Assembly (NCBI GenBank): GCA_900319485.1
Contig: ONOQ01000003.1
Coordinates: 1,223-65,222, forward strand
Length of the DNA: 64,000 nucleotides
Direction of reading: 5' to 3'
Source: an uncultured Bacteroidales bacterium
GTDB lineage: Bacteria > Bacteroidota > Bacteroidia > Bacteroidales > UBA932
Positions within the stretch are counted from its first letter, which is position 1, and every line of letters starts with the position of its first letter. The translations under genes were made by a program, and so were the position numbers. Below are positions 17,491-27,957 of this stretch, piece by piece. The notes beneath the pieces are model-generated. The model did no database searches. It was not told where the DNA came from and saw only the letters and a program-made list of their open reading frames with translations.

Positions 17491-18610
17491 ATATTATAAT
17501 AATTGAATTAATCATTTTCTCTTCGCGGAACATCTCGTCAAAGCGGGAACGCGCCCCCTCGGAAAAGTTCCGGTAATCGGCCATAACATCTTCTATGGCC
17601 CCTGCCATAAGTGCGGGATCTCCGGGAGTGACGTTCCTTCCGGAAACGCCGTCTTCATTTACCCAGGACACCCCCGAGCCGGGAATGGTGGTGGCTACAA
17701 CAGGTTTTCCGCAGGACATCGCCTCTATCTGAACAATTCCGAAGGCCTCCGTCTTCATAATGCTGGGAAGGACATAGATGTCGCAGGCCCCGTAGTTGGC
17801 AGTGAGGGCCTCATCGGAAAGATAGCCTTCCAGGCACACTCTTCCCCGGAGGTTTTCAGAGTCAATGAGTTCCTCAAGTTCAGTTCGCAGCGGACCTGAA
17901 CCGCCTAGGACAAGCTGATACTTTTCAGGCAGGTACTTCATTGCCCGGATGAGGACGGAAAAGCCTTTGTAGGGCACAAGACGTCCAACGGAAAAGAGGA
18001 TTGTCTTTCCCGGAAAACGGTCCCTGACCGTCGCAGAGGCTGTCTTATCGGTAGTTATGGGCTCTATGCCGATAGGAACATAGGTGCACTTTTGCTGAAC
18101 GTCCCCAAGCCAGGGGGAAGACTTGACGTAAACAGGGGTTGTGCCAACTATTATATCGGCCCGCCTGATGAGCCAACTCTGCAGGGGCCTGTAAAGCGAG
18201 AGCAGAAATTTCTGAGAGAGAATGTCGCTGTGCCAGTGGAGCACCACTTTTCCACGGAATCCGCTGAGGCGCAGCGCAAGGGCGGCCATAGGGTCCGGAT
18301 GGTGGACGTGGATGATATCGTAATCGGCCTTGTGGCGGCGAAGCCAGGAAACCATTGCCGGGGATATCATTGTGGCTGCTTTCTTTGACATGGCCTTCAC
18401 GCGGATGACGCGGCCGTGGGCATTGAACCGAAGGCTGCCGTCCGGCTGCTCCAGTTCCAGGTCCTTGAGGTCTATGCCGTCAGAGGGAAGGGTAGCGCAA
18501 AGCATGTCGCAGTCCACTCCACGGGCCGATATTCCCCGGGTGAGGTCCCACATAACCTTTTCCACGCCCCCGCGTATGGGGTAGAATTTACCTAACTGAA
18601 GTATTCTCAT
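17474..18610 (-). CDS. Glycosyltransferase family 4 (GT-B)
   Basis: N-terminus MRILQLGKFYPIRGGVE, with an EX7E motif in EAFGIVQIEAMSCGKPVV. The start was moved to 18610, which gives an ATGA overlap with the upstream stop. The ORF track starts at 18634. Confidence 0.85.
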   Translation of the reverse strand: MRILQLGKFYPIRGGVEKVMWDLTRGISARGVDCDMLCATLPSDGIDLKDLELEQPDGSLRFNAHGRVIRVKAMSKKAATMISPAMVSWLRRHKADYDIIHVHHPDPMAALALRLSGFRGKVVLHWHSDILSQKFLLSLYRPLQSWLIRRADIIVGTTPVYVKSSPWLGDVQQKCTYVPIGIEPITTDKTASATVRDRFPGKTILFSVGRLVPYKGFSVLIRAMKYLPEKYQLVLGGSGPLRTELEELIDSENLRGRVCLEGYLSDEALTANYGACDIYVLPSIMKTEAFGIVQIEAMSCGKPVVATTIPGSGVSWVNEDGVSGRNVTPGDPALMAGAIEDVMADYRNFSEGARSRFDEMFREEKMINSIIIIYEALV

Positions 18611-19737
18611 ACGGACTTGAACAGTTGGTCCCACTTATTCATTATGGCTTCAAATTCAAAGCGTACGGCCATCCTGGCTGCTTCTTCCCCCATTTGCCTG
18701 CGGCGTTCAGGATTCCGGATAAGTTCCAGAAGTGCCAGGGCAAGCGCCTGGACATCTCCTTCAGGAACCAGCAGTCCTGTCCGGCCATCCACAATAACCT
18801 CCCGGGGACCGCACTTACAGTCAAAACTCACGGCGGGAAGGCCGTAAGCCTGAGCCTCTATAAGGGCCATCGGCAGGCCTTCGTAATGTGACGACAGGGC
18901 AAGGATGGCAGCATTCCGGTACTCTGAAGGCATATCTTTCACGGTTCCGCAGAGATGAACCGTGCGGGAGAGTCCAAGCCTGTCTGTCTGCTCCTGTAGC
19001 AGGGGGCGGAGTTCACCGTCGCCAAGAAGGCGTAGTTCCCACCTGTTATCGGCCCCAAGCGCATCCTGCACTATTTTCCAGGCGTCAATAAGCCGGTCCA
19101 GGCCTTTCTGGTACATATACCTTCCCACCGCGATTACGGTATTGCCCCCGTGCCCGCCAGGGGCAATGCCTTTGAGGGAGATGCCGTTTGGGATGGAACA
19201 GATACCGGGGATGTCTCCCCACATTGAAAGGTCTTCCCGGGTAAGGGTTACAAAGCGGTCAAAGCGTCTTACCTGGCGCACTTCATTGGCGCTCCGTAGT
19301 CTATCCACAAGCCCCCAGAGGCCCTTACGCCCATACTGCAGGCGCTTAAGGCGGGAGAAATGAAGTTCCAGGACCTTATGGCTTCCATCCTTTATGGCGG
19401 GAAGAAAACTCTGCTCGTTGCAGAACATCGAGACGGTTATGTCCGGGCGGATCTCCATCAGGGCCTTGGTGAGCCGCTTCCGGTGCCGATACTGCTTGAG
19501 CGGGTAATGGATGAGTTTGTTCCAAAGGCTTGCGCCGTTATTGTCTTCGTAGCCTATGCCAAGGTCACGCCTTTCAATCCGGCTGTCCAGCGGGAATGCG
19601 TCCGGACGGCCTTTCTGCTCGGTGGTTATGATGGTAACGTCATATCCGTGCCCTGAGAGCCAGTTGGCTTTGTCTGTCAGAATCTTCTCCATCCCAGAAG
19701 GACGGTAAAGGCCGGCTATGTTATAGACTATGCGCAT
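18607..19737 (-). CDS. Glycosyltransferase family 4 (GT-B)
   Basis: 376 aa with an EX7E motif in EGLPMALIEAQAYGLPAVSF. Confidence 0.85.
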   Translation of the reverse strand: MRIVYNIAGLYRPSGMEKILTDKANWLSGHGYDVTIITTEQKGRPDAFPLDSRIERRDLGIGYEDNNGASLWNKLIHYPLKQYRHRKRLTKALMEIRPDITVSMFCNEQSFLPAIKDGSHKVLELHFSRLKRLQYGRKGLWGLVDRLRSANEVRQVRRFDRFVTLTREDLSMWGDIPGICSIPNGISLKGIAPGGHGGNTVIAVGRYMYQKGLDRLIDAWKIVQDALGADNRWELRLLGDGELRPLLQEQTDRLGLSRTVHLCGTVKDMPSEYRNAAILALSSHYEGLPMALIEAQAYGLPAVSFDCKCGPREVIVDGRTGLLVPEGDVQALALALLELIRNPERRRQMGEEAARMAVRFEFEAIMNKWDQLFKSV

Positions 19738-20663
19738 ATCTTTTTGGAGATAAGGGTACTCGCCTTATGGACGGTGAATGCAAGGACAATCGTAAGGGCA
19801 TATACTGCCAGGATGAAAAGAAGCGGGGACTCAATAGGGAGCCTGTCCCGGAACAGTTCCATAGGGATTCCGTGGCAGAGGTAGATCTCGTAGGAAATTC
19901 CGGCTATGAACAAAATTACAGGGCCGTGCAGCCGGCCGATAGGCAGACGCGCCACAATCAGCGCTACAATGGTTGGAATAAGGATGTAGCAAAGGGTCCA
20001 CACGTAGGGATTTCTGGGAAGATACAGGGCTACAAACAGTATGGATAAAACGCCAAGAAGTGCATAGTACCTGTAAGGCCTGGCTTCACAGAACGTATAT
20101 ATTTCTTTTTCCTTGTATGCGAAGAAGGCGCCGCTGGGAAAAGACAGGGAACATATCCACCAGCACCAGTCGTATCCGGCAAGGATGGTAACGGCCATCC
20201 ACACAAGAGTACCAGCCAGTAGACCCGCCGCCTTCCATTTTCCATTAAGGAACCTGAATGAAAAGTAATATATAAGGTAGAAGAAGACGATGGCCTCGGC
20301 AAACCAGGAAAAAGGCAGGATGGGCGTGCCATACAGCACCAGGTTTTTCCAGTCGTCCAGGTAGTTCCGTTCCGGATTCCAAAGGAGTAGATAATAGCAG
20401 ATTAAAGCAAGCACTGCCGGCAGTACGATGCGCAGGAACTTCCGTCCAGGGAACGAAGTCAGGTATGCGGAGCCCTTGGACTGGTACGACCGTACGAGTC
20501 CGAAACCCGATATGAAGAAAAACACCGACACGATGGGGGCACCCAGTTCGCGGGCAGGCTTCAGCCAGGGCAGGTCCAGGAAGAAATTCAGGTGGTCTGC
20601 CACGATCAGAAGCGCCATCAGCGCCTTCACGAGTATGAGCTTGTCTTTATCGAACGACATCAT
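19728..20663 (-). CDS. Acyltransferase-3 family membrane O-acyltransferase
   Basis: 311 aa with about 10 TM helices. The N-terminus reads LVKALMALLIVADH, and the gene is embedded in the capsule operon. Confidence 0.75.
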   Translation of the reverse strand: MMSFDKDKLILVKALMALLIVADHLNFFLDLPWLKPARELGAPIVSVFFFISGFGLVRSYQSKGSAYLTSFPGRKFLRIVLPAVLALICYYLLLWNPERNYLDDWKNLVLYGTPILPFSWFAEAIVFFYLIYYFSFRFLNGKWKAAGLLAGTLVWMAVTILAGYDWCWWICSLSFPSGAFFAYKEKEIYTFCEARPYRYYALLGVLSILFVALYLPRNPYVWTLCYILIPTIVALIVARLPIGRLHGPVILFIAGISYEIYLCHGIPMELFRDRLPIESPLLFILAVYALTIVLAFTVHKASTLISKKICA

Positions 20664-21859
20664 GACAGACTTTCATAGAGTTTGAGGTATCCGTCCAGTG
20701 CGGCGCGCTTGTCAAAATGCCGGAGCGCATACGCGCGGCAGCTGCGGCGCCAGGTTTCCCGGTCCTGTTTCCGTATTTCCTGCAGGCAGCCGTAAAGGCC
20801 TTTTACATCGCCCTGCTCCACAATATATCCGGTTTCGGGGACCACCGATTCCACGCTGCCGCCGGTCCTGTATGTCACCACCGGCGTTCCGCAGGAGATG
20901 GACTCGAGGTTTACGGTGGGGTAGTTGTCCTGCCAGGTGGGGTTCACAAGGGCCGTGGCCCCGCTGTAGAGCCTGACGAGCGTTTCCACGTCAGAAGTCC
21001 GCTCTATGTATGCCACTCCTTCCGGAAGCGCGCGCTTCTGGCTTTCCGTCATCTTGCCGACGATGACCAGCTGCTCGTCGGGGGCGAGCAGGCCGGAGAG
21101 CGATACCAGGTCCGGCAGCCCTTTTTCCGGCAGCCAGATGGAGGCTACGGCCAGATAATACACGGAGGCTTCCATTTCTTCCACCGGAGCAAAAACCCCG
21201 GTGTCTATCCCGTTGTGGATGCACAGGCAAGGGACCTCAGAGAGAAAAGATTTTGAGAGTTCCTTCTTCATCCACTCCGACACGACAACCAGCGTAAAGT
21301 TCGGAATCGACGTGAACAAACGCTTTTTAAGCCGGTAATTGCGGCGGGACCGGTCCAGTCCATAACTGGCGGGGAAGCGTGTCTTGCAGGGACAGTCGTG
21401 GCATTCCGTCTGCCAGCGGCTGCATCCTGCCGAAGCATAGTGATAGCAGTGGCCCGTATACAGCCAGCAGTCGTGGACCGTCCAGATGACGGCTTTCCCG
21501 GAATCGGCCAGATAGGCGCAAAGTTCCGGATAGTTGAGGAAATAGCCGTGGATGTTGTGGATGTGGATGATATCCGGATCGATTTCCCTGATGCGCTTGA
21601 TGAGCTTCCGGGTAGCCCTCCGGGAAAGCAGGCCGTGGGCGTCGAATAGACGGGTGGCCAGCCAGTGGCAGAACAGGTCCAGCCGGTTGCCCACAGGGAC
21701 CAGCTTCGAGGAATGCGGCATCATCCCGTCCCGCGCCCCGCTGTAGGCGATATAGCTCTCCCATCCTGCCGAAATGGCCATTTCGCCTATCTCACGCATG
21801 ATTTTTCCCGTGGAGGTGTTTTCCCGGATGGTCGGGTTTATCTGCAGGAGCTTTTTCAT
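20660..21859 (-). CDS. Glycosyltransferase (GT4-like, GT-B)
   Basis: The start is set at MKKLLQINP (21859), giving an ATGA overlap with the Wzy stop. The track's 21943 start adds 28 unlikely residues. C-terminal motif NYPTVNLESISCGTPVV. Confidence 0.8.
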   Translation of the reverse strand: MKKLLQINPTIRENTSTGKIMREIGEMAISAGWESYIAYSGARDGMMPHSSKLVPVGNRLDLFCHWLATRLFDAHGLLSRRATRKLIKRIREIDPDIIHIHNIHGYFLNYPELCAYLADSGKAVIWTVHDCWLYTGHCYHYASAGCSRWQTECHDCPCKTRFPASYGLDRSRRNYRLKKRLFTSIPNFTLVVVSEWMKKELSKSFLSEVPCLCIHNGIDTGVFAPVEEMEASVYYLAVASIWLPEKGLPDLVSLSGLLAPDEQLVIVGKMTESQKRALPEGVAYIERTSDVETLVRLYSGATALVNPTWQDNYPTVNLESISCGTPVVTYRTGGSVESVVPETGYIVEQGDVKGLYGCLQEIRKQDRETWRRSCRAYALRHFDKRAALDGYLKLYESLS

Positions 21860-23133
21860 TCCGTCTGTTCTTTTTCGGCGAGACAGGCAAGTATGAAGAA
21901 GGGGGCGAACATCATGATGATGTCGCTCGATACTTTTACCCATCCCACCATATTCACCAGCAGGATCAGGAGGAACAGTATAGTGTGTTTTCCTCCAAGC
22001 ATCCTGCAGCAGGTGGATGTAATATGTACAAAAACAGCCGTCAGGAGCAGGAGGCCGATGCTTCCGAAATAAAAGATATAACGCAGGTAGCCGATATCCG
22101 TATCCATATAGAAGCCGGTCTCAAGTTGTCCGAACCTGTCCGGCGTGCCCTCGGAGTTGAAGAAGAGTCCGTCTCCTATGGCCCAGGTCTTGAGGGATTC
22201 CGGCCATACCACCATACTCTTCAGGATGTTGGTTGAGTTTGTTTCCCAATAACCTTTCTCTACCAGGGAGAAAAAGCCTTCAAAACCAAAGCGGAGGTTG
22301 TTCCGGAAAGCGTAATTGCTCTGGTACAGCATCACGATAAGACCTAAACTGACAAAGGCGCAGATGACCGCAGTTACCCAGAATCCGCTTAAATATCGCT
22401 GCCTCTTCTCGATAAAGAGCAGTAGTATCCAGTAAAACAGCGCAATGCCCACACCGATAATGGTTGTGCGGGATATCATATTGCCGATGATGCTGATAAT
22501 GACAAAGGCAAAGATATAAAACGCCTCATAGCCCCGGTTGGTGTAGGAATTGGTTTCGTGAATCAGATGGGCCAGGATAACCAGTACTGCGGCAAAACGC
22601 AGTCCGGAAGGATCCAGGGCGGCCCCCAGGCCATATATACGACCTTCTGCCGGGCCCATAAAATCGGCGGCGTTACCCATCAGGCTGTCCACAAAGTTTT
22701 TGAGAGAAGGGGACAGTGTCATAGCGTATGCAAGGATGCACTGGGCAGTACATATGAAGACAAAGTACTGGCCTATCAGTTCCACGCTCGCTTTGCCGTG
22801 AACGGCCCTGATCAGCCACACCACGGTATAGGCTCCTCCCATCCATACCCAGGCGGAAATGACGTACTGGGCATATGACATATCAACGGTATTGTTGATG
22901 GTAATGATAAGGTACGTCCAAACGCTCACAAGGATGCAGATCAAACTGAATATCAGGAAATCCTTGGAGATTGCGAATTCCCGTTTATTGAGCATATCAA
23001 GGCCGAATAGGAGAAGGCCGGCAGCGGCAATCACCATCTTGGTATTGACGTCGGAGAGGAACGGCAGGTTGAAAGGGAAGATGAACAGGCTTGTTATGAT
23101 TCCCGTCAGTATGACCAGAATAAACTTTTTCAT
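21856..23133 (-). CDS. O-antigen/capsule repeat-unit polymerase (Wzy / O-antigen ligase-like membrane protein)
   Basis: 425 aa with about 10-12 TM helices and a larger loop. It lies in the operon alongside Wzx, Wza and Wzc. Confidence 0.7.
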   Translation of the reverse strand: MKKFILVILTGIITSLFIFPFNLPFLSDVNTKMVIAAAGLLLFGLDMLNKREFAISKDFLIFSLICILVSVWTYLIITINNTVDMSYAQYVISAWVWMGGAYTVVWLIRAVHGKASVELIGQYFVFICTAQCILAYAMTLSPSLKNFVDSLMGNAADFMGPAEGRIYGLGAALDPSGLRFAAVLVILAHLIHETNSYTNRGYEAFYIFAFVIISIIGNMISRTTIIGVGIALFYWILLLFIEKRQRYLSGFWVTAVICAFVSLGLIVMLYQSNYAFRNNLRFGFEGFFSLVEKGYWETNSTNILKSMVVWPESLKTWAIGDGLFFNSEGTPDRFGQLETGFYMDTDIGYLRYIFYFGSIGLLLLTAVFVHITSTCCRMLGGKHTILFLLILLVNMVGWVKVSSDIIMMFAPFFILACLAEKEQTE

Positions 23134-23142
23134 CGTCCGTGC

Positions 23143-24108
23143 CTATTTGAATAACCTGTGAAAGCCATAGAACACCTTATCCACGGTAAAGCAGTAGAGC
23201 CTTACCAGGAAAAAGAGATTGTGCGCGGCTGCCTCCTGGACCATACGGGTGCGAAGCGGGAGAAAATGATTCTCCTTAATGTACCTGTTGGCTTCCGGGA
23301 ACCACTCCTTCCAAAGCCGGAACTGCTCACTGCTGCCAGACATAAGGAAGGGAAGTTTTGTGTTAAGTTTGAAAAAGGCTATATCCTTCTGAGTAAACGG
23401 ATAATCCCTTATGCTCTCCAAAGTGCGGTTCACATTGAAAAGGACATCCTCCAGGTTCTTTTCCGAGAATGAATTGGAATATGCTCCGGGATTCAATTTG
23501 AAATAGTGGTACAGCGCTTCCTGGACATATACAACCTTTGAGGCCCTTGCCGTGACTGGTATCATCGTCATATCTTCACCCATGGAGTGGCCCTCCGGGA
23601 AAGAGATGCCCTCAAAAAGCCTTGCCCTTACCAGTTTGTTCCATACATTGTATTTTGCCGTTCCTCCAAAATAGCCTTCACGGACCATAGTCTCGCCGTT
23701 CTGGAAGGAGGGGTTGCCAAGACGCCTTCTGGAACCGCCGAAATCCAGATAATAGTCACAGTACGCGATATCGACATCGGCCTTTACTGCTGCGTTCAGG
23801 AGGTGCTCCACCATCGTGGGCTCCAGCCAGTCGTCGGAATCCACGTTGAGGATCCACTCTCCGCTACAGGCCTGAAGGCCGGTATTCCTGGCGGCGGGAA
23901 GGCCCTTGTTTTTTTGGTGCACAAGCATACGGACATCCCTCTTGTATTCAGAACATACACGCCGGATTATGTCCATACTCCCGTCAGGAGAGCCGTCATC
24001 CACAAAGATAAACTGGATATCGGAGAAGGTCTGCTCCATAAGGGACCTCGCGCAGCGCTCTGCATAGGCCTCTACCTTATAAATGGGTATGATGATGGAA
24101 ACCGTCAT
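23143..24108 (-). CDS. Glycosyltransferase family 2
   Basis: N-terminus VSIIIPIYKVEAY...FIFVDDGSPDGS, with a DxD motif in VDSDD. Confidence 0.9.
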   Translation of the reverse strand: MTVSIIIPIYKVEAYAERCARSLMEQTFSDIQFIFVDDGSPDGSMDIIRRVCSEYKRDVRMLVHQKNKGLPAARNTGLQACSGEWILNVDSDDWLEPTMVEHLLNAAVKADVDIAYCDYYLDFGGSRRRLGNPSFQNGETMVREGYFGGTAKYNVWNKLVRARLFEGISFPEGHSMGEDMTMIPVTARASKVVYVQEALYHYFKLNPGAYSNSFSEKNLEDVLFNVNRTLESIRDYPFTQKDIAFFKLNTKLPFLMSGSSEQFRLWKEWFPEANRYIKENHFLPLRTRMVQEAAAHNLFFLVRLYCFTVDKVFYGFHRLFK

Positions 24109-25205
24109 AGATTGTCTTTCAGGTATTTGACGCTTCCACTTACCAGATTGTCAAGCGCGTCCCTGTTCCCCTTGAGGCTGAGGAGGGCCGATGCATCAAG
24201 GTCATCCGGCGTATCCCTGTAATCATAGATGGACGCCTGGGCCGATACCGACTTCAAAAGAGACTGTATACGGCTGTCAGAGGCCGATTTGGAATCTACC
24301 ACGCCTATAAGCGGCTTGTCGTTTATAAGGGCAAACGTAGCCCCGTGGAAAGACGTGGTGATAACGAAAGAGGCGTGCTTGAAAAGGTATGCGAAATCGG
24401 CCGGACCTGCCGATTTTATGAGTTTTGACTCCGGGCGGACCACATCCTTTGCTCGCCCCTGGAGGAACACCACTTTCATCCCAAGCGTCTTCTGCACCTT
24501 ATCTACTATCCCGTAAATCTGAGGGAAAGGATCGAACATATATGAAAGCGCATATACAAGGATATACTGCTCATTTATCCTGTATTTTGACTGCAATGCC
24601 AGTTCATCCCATACATCCTGCCCCAGAAGCAGGGTAGGGTCACAGCATACGGCGGCATCCCTGCCCGTGAGGTCTTTTATTATTTCCACTCCAGAGCGTT
24701 CCCTAACGGAAATGGCCCGGAAGCGGGACAGGTGCTTTGAGTATACTTCCTTCAGGCCCCCTTCAATTGCGCTGGCTGCAATGCTTGAGGCGTAGGATAT
24801 CCTCCTGGCGTCCGGTGCGGCAAAGGCAAGCAGGAAGTTCACGTCGTCTCCTATGAAACGGGGGTTCCATATCTGGTCGCTCCCCGCAATGTAAAGGTCG
24901 TACAGCGGAGGATTCTTCACTATGCTCCTTTTGTCGTAAGTCTTTTTTGAAAGGACCAGATTACGCCTGCGGAAAGCCTTGAACTTACATTTCATCCGCT
25001 CTACCGGGAAGCCAAACAGGGCTTCCCGTAAAAAGGATATGACCCTTGCCTTCAGCGAAGGCGTGGAGCCGCTTTTATCCAGGTACTTGTAATCGATAAT
25101 CTCACTGTCATAACCCATTTCACGCAGTTTCCGCTGCAGGGCATAGGCCTGCAGGGCACTCCCGCAGTTGAGCACTTTGTGCATGGTTATGATCCCTATT
25201 CTCAT
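24105..25205 (-). CDS. Polysaccharide pyruvyl transferase family protein
   Basis: 366 aa with N-terminus MRIGIITMHKVLNCGSALQAYAL and a GSDQIWNP motif. Confidence 0.8.
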   Translation of the reverse strand: MRIGIITMHKVLNCGSALQAYALQRKLREMGYDSEIIDYKYLDKSGSTPSLKARVISFLREALFGFPVERMKCKFKAFRRRNLVLSKKTYDKRSIVKNPPLYDLYIAGSDQIWNPRFIGDDVNFLLAFAAPDARRISYASSIAASAIEGGLKEVYSKHLSRFRAISVRERSGVEIIKDLTGRDAAVCCDPTLLLGQDVWDELALQSKYRINEQYILVYALSYMFDPFPQIYGIVDKVQKTLGMKVVFLQGRAKDVVRPESKLIKSAGPADFAYLFKHASFVITTSFHGATFALINDKPLIGVVDSKSASDSRIQSLLKSVSAQASIYDYRDTPDDLDASALLSLKGNRDALDNLVSGSVKYLKDNL

Positions 25206-26134
25206 TTCTGACGGCGGTCAAGGGGATACCTCAGAAGCAGTTTGATGCGCTTAGTCAGAGGCAGGTTCTGAAGGCTGTCACGCTGCGCTGTCCAGAAGTC
25301 CCGTGTGAATTTTTCATCAAAGAAAATGGACCTTCTGTAGCAGTCCCACCATATGTCCATATTGGGGCAGGCTCCTTTCCAGGGTTTCTCTCCGTTGTAA
25401 TGGACAATACCGCAACTCAGCGCCCGCTCCACTTCATCGGCCCCGTATATTTCCTCCATTTCCTTACGCCGGTCCACAATAAGGTCGTAAAGTTGGACGG
25501 TCATACAGTAGGAGGGCCCAAGGGGAAGGATGCGGCCGTTACAGGAGATGTTGATTATGTCCATATCCTGATAAAGGTAGTTGTTCTTTCCAAGTTCACG
25601 GAACTCATTGAGTTTGCCGTCGGCAAGAAGGAGGGCGGAATTGATAATCAGGTTTCCGGAATAATAAAAGCCTTTCTGCCAGTCAAGGCCCAAATCCTCT
25701 ATATATTTCCTGAAGGAAGGACGTAGGCGGGAGCAGTTGTCCACACCGGCAAAATAGTTCTGCCCAAGGTCAAGGTCGTAGTACTTACTCAGATCCTCGC
25801 GTATGATTACGTCCACGTCAGAGTACAGCAGTTTGTCATACTCCGGTATCAGTTCAGGGGACAGAAGCCTGTAATATGCTGTCTCCGGTATGCCGCGGAC
25901 CTCATAACTCCCAACGAACTCGCCTTCAACCTTCCTGAATGTAAGGCGGCAGTTTCCATAACGCCCGGGAAGAGAGTTAAGGCGGCTTCCCGTGAAATCG
26001 CAGGCAGGGGAGTGGAGGACAAAGATATCATAGAAGGTGGTTGGAGCGGCACTTTCCAGAAGGGAAGTCAGGCACACTCCGGCAGCCAGTTCCAGGGAGG
26101 AGTCAAAAGTAAAAAGTATGGGAACCGTTTTCAT
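25202..26134 (-). CDS. Glycosyltransferase family 8
   Basis: 310 aa with YRLLSPELIPEYDKLLYSDVDVII (DxD) and HYNGEKPW, both typical of GT8. Confidence 0.8.
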   Translation of the reverse strand: MKTVPILFTFDSSLELAAGVCLTSLLESAAPTTFYDIFVLHSPACDFTGSRLNSLPGRYGNCRLTFRKVEGEFVGSYEVRGIPETAYYRLLSPELIPEYDKLLYSDVDVIIREDLSKYYDLDLGQNYFAGVDNCSRLRPSFRKYIEDLGLDWQKGFYYSGNLIINSALLLADGKLNEFRELGKNNYLYQDMDIINISCNGRILPLGPSYCMTVQLYDLIVDRRKEMEEIYGADEVERALSCGIVHYNGEKPWKGACPNMDIWWDCYRRSIFFDEKFTRDFWTAQRDSLQNLPLTKRIKLLLRYPLDRRQK

Positions 26135-26135
26135 A

Positions 26136-27074
26136 TTATGAACGGATTTGTCTGAGAAGCCTTACAATCCAGCCCAGTCCTGCATATTGCATATTGCAGA
26201 TCATCTTCTGTTTAAGGGGCAGGGAAGAGCGGTCAAGGCGGCTTTTGTAGCGGGAGTAGATGTACCTGTAATCGGCCTTCTCGCCTTTACCGGCATAGGT
26301 TGAATCATAGATTCTTCTTGCCGCATATAAGTCAAAGGCTTTCTGATGGCAGGCCTCCTGCATATAGGGCTCTAGCGCTTCAAGAAGAAGTGTCCACTCT
26401 TTTACCGGGCGGGAATGCCACTGATTGGTGATGGAGCCGGTATTGATGGATTTGTCATAGTGGTAATACGCTTTCCCGACGTAAGCCAACTTCAGCGGGT
26501 GGGACAGAAGCCTAACCAGAAGGAGTTGGTCCTCGCAGCAGTTGACCCCGCTCAAAAAGCCGATATTGAACTGCCGGTACAGGCTGTGCCGGATAAGTTT
26601 ATTGGCCATTCCGGCGTGAAGCTCATTCAGCATTTTCCACTGTACGACCTGCGGGTCCTCTGAACCCGGAGCCTGCATTTTGTATACGTTATAGTTGCCG
26701 AACTCTTCAATGATATCGCAGATGACCATATCGGCGTGGGTTTCCTGCTGTTTCCCATACATCCCCTCAAGCATATCGGCATCAATCCAGTCGTCGGAAT
26801 CCACAAAGATTGAGAATCGGCCCCTGGCCATCTCCAGGCCTTTCTGGCGAGTATAGGCTACTCCGTGATTCTGCTGGCAGATGGTCCTGATGCGCTCGTC
26901 CTTATACAGGCCGATGACATCCCGGGTGGAGTCCGTGCTGCCGTCGTCCAGAATCAGCAGTTCGAAATCACGGAAGGACTGGGCCAGGATGCTCTCAATG
27001 CACCGGCCTATGGAGTTTCCGGCATTGAAGGCGGCAACGATTACCGATATTTCAGGGGACGTTACTCCTGCCAT
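26136..27074 (-). CDS. Glycosyltransferase family 2
   Basis: N-terminus ISVIVAAFNAGNSIGRCIESILAQSF..LLILDDGSTDST, with a DxD motif in VDSDD. Confidence 0.9.
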   Translation of the reverse strand: MAGVTSPEISVIVAAFNAGNSIGRCIESILAQSFRDFELLILDDGSTDSTRDVIGLYKDERIRTICQQNHGVAYTRQKGLEMARGRFSIFVDSDDWIDADMLEGMYGKQQETHADMVICDIIEEFGNYNVYKMQAPGSEDPQVVQWKMLNELHAGMANKLIRHSLYRQFNIGFLSGVNCCEDQLLLVRLLSHPLKLAYVGKAYYHYDKSINTGSITNQWHSRPVKEWTLLLEALEPYMQEACHQKAFDLYAARRIYDSTYAGKGEKADYRYIYSRYKSRLDRSSLPLKQKMICNMQYAGLGWIVRLLRQIRS

Positions 27075-27955
27075 TTTTTTAAATGATCCTTGAAAGGACA
27101 GGCGTCCATTATGGCCTCGAAATCTATATCCCCGGCCACGCCAAACAGCGCATCGTCATTAAGAATTGCATCAAGGTCTTCACTGCTGCCGATACGCACC
27201 GGCGCAGGGACGTCCCTTCCCACGGAAGCAAAATAGTCCAGGTACTTGAAACTGCCCCCGGCAATGTTGTCCGAAAAACGGACCCACGTGTTGGGGATAC
27301 CATAACTGTCGGCCACAATCAGGCCGTGAAGGGAACTTGATATAATCTTCTCACAGGAGCAGACAGCATCCGGGATATCGTGCCAGTGCTTATAATCGGC
27401 CATACTTATCACCAGTACATCCGGCCTTGATATGATGGATCTCACCAGCGGATTCTTTTCGTCTACGTAGTGGGGGATGATGCCGTATTTGAATATTTTC
27501 CGGGGCTTGGGATGGTAGTATCTGGATACCAGAAGCGCCGGGTCTCCGTAAACCTCCGGGCAGTCGAATCCCTGCTGGAGCAGTGCCTGGCGGGTAAGCG
27601 GGCCGCGGACGGAGTGAATCTTCTTTGGCATAACGTGGAGGCGGCTCTTGTCCGATCTGAAACCGCTGCCCCATATTTCCAGGTTCTTTCCGTAGCACTC
27701 ACCCAGAATGGAGCCTATGCAGCAGAAGGATCTTACTGGAAGATGGGGGAATATCCTGGAGCGGTTCAGTATCAGTACCTTCAGGTCGGATATTTCCTCC
27801 AGCATCTCAATATTTATGTCGTCTCCCCAGTTGTTCTTTGCATAACCCAGTCCTTGCCTTCGGACATATGCATAGACAAAGATCTTTCTGGGCTTGAAAA
27901 GAGACGCGGCGTCATATATCAGGCGTCTCAGGGTAAGTATGGTATGCTTTCCCAT
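27062..27955 (-). CDS. Polysaccharide pyruvyl transferase family protein (second copy, CsaB/WcaK-like)
   Basis: 297 aa with NNWGDDINIEMLE and SSSLHGLIVADSYGIP motifs. Confidence 0.75.
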   Translation of the reverse strand: MGKHTILTLRRLIYDAASLFKPRKIFVYAYVRRQGLGYAKNNWGDDINIEMLEEISDLKVLILNRSRIFPHLPVRSFCCIGSILGECYGKNLEIWGSGFRSDKSRLHVMPKKIHSVRGPLTRQALLQQGFDCPEVYGDPALLVSRYYHPKPRKIFKYGIIPHYVDEKNPLVRSIISRPDVLVISMADYKHWHDIPDAVCSCEKIISSSLHGLIVADSYGIPNTWVRFSDNIAGGSFKYLDYFASVGRDVPAPVRIGSSEDLDAILNDDALFGVAGDIDFEAIMDACPFKDHLKKWQE

Positions 27956-27957
27956 AA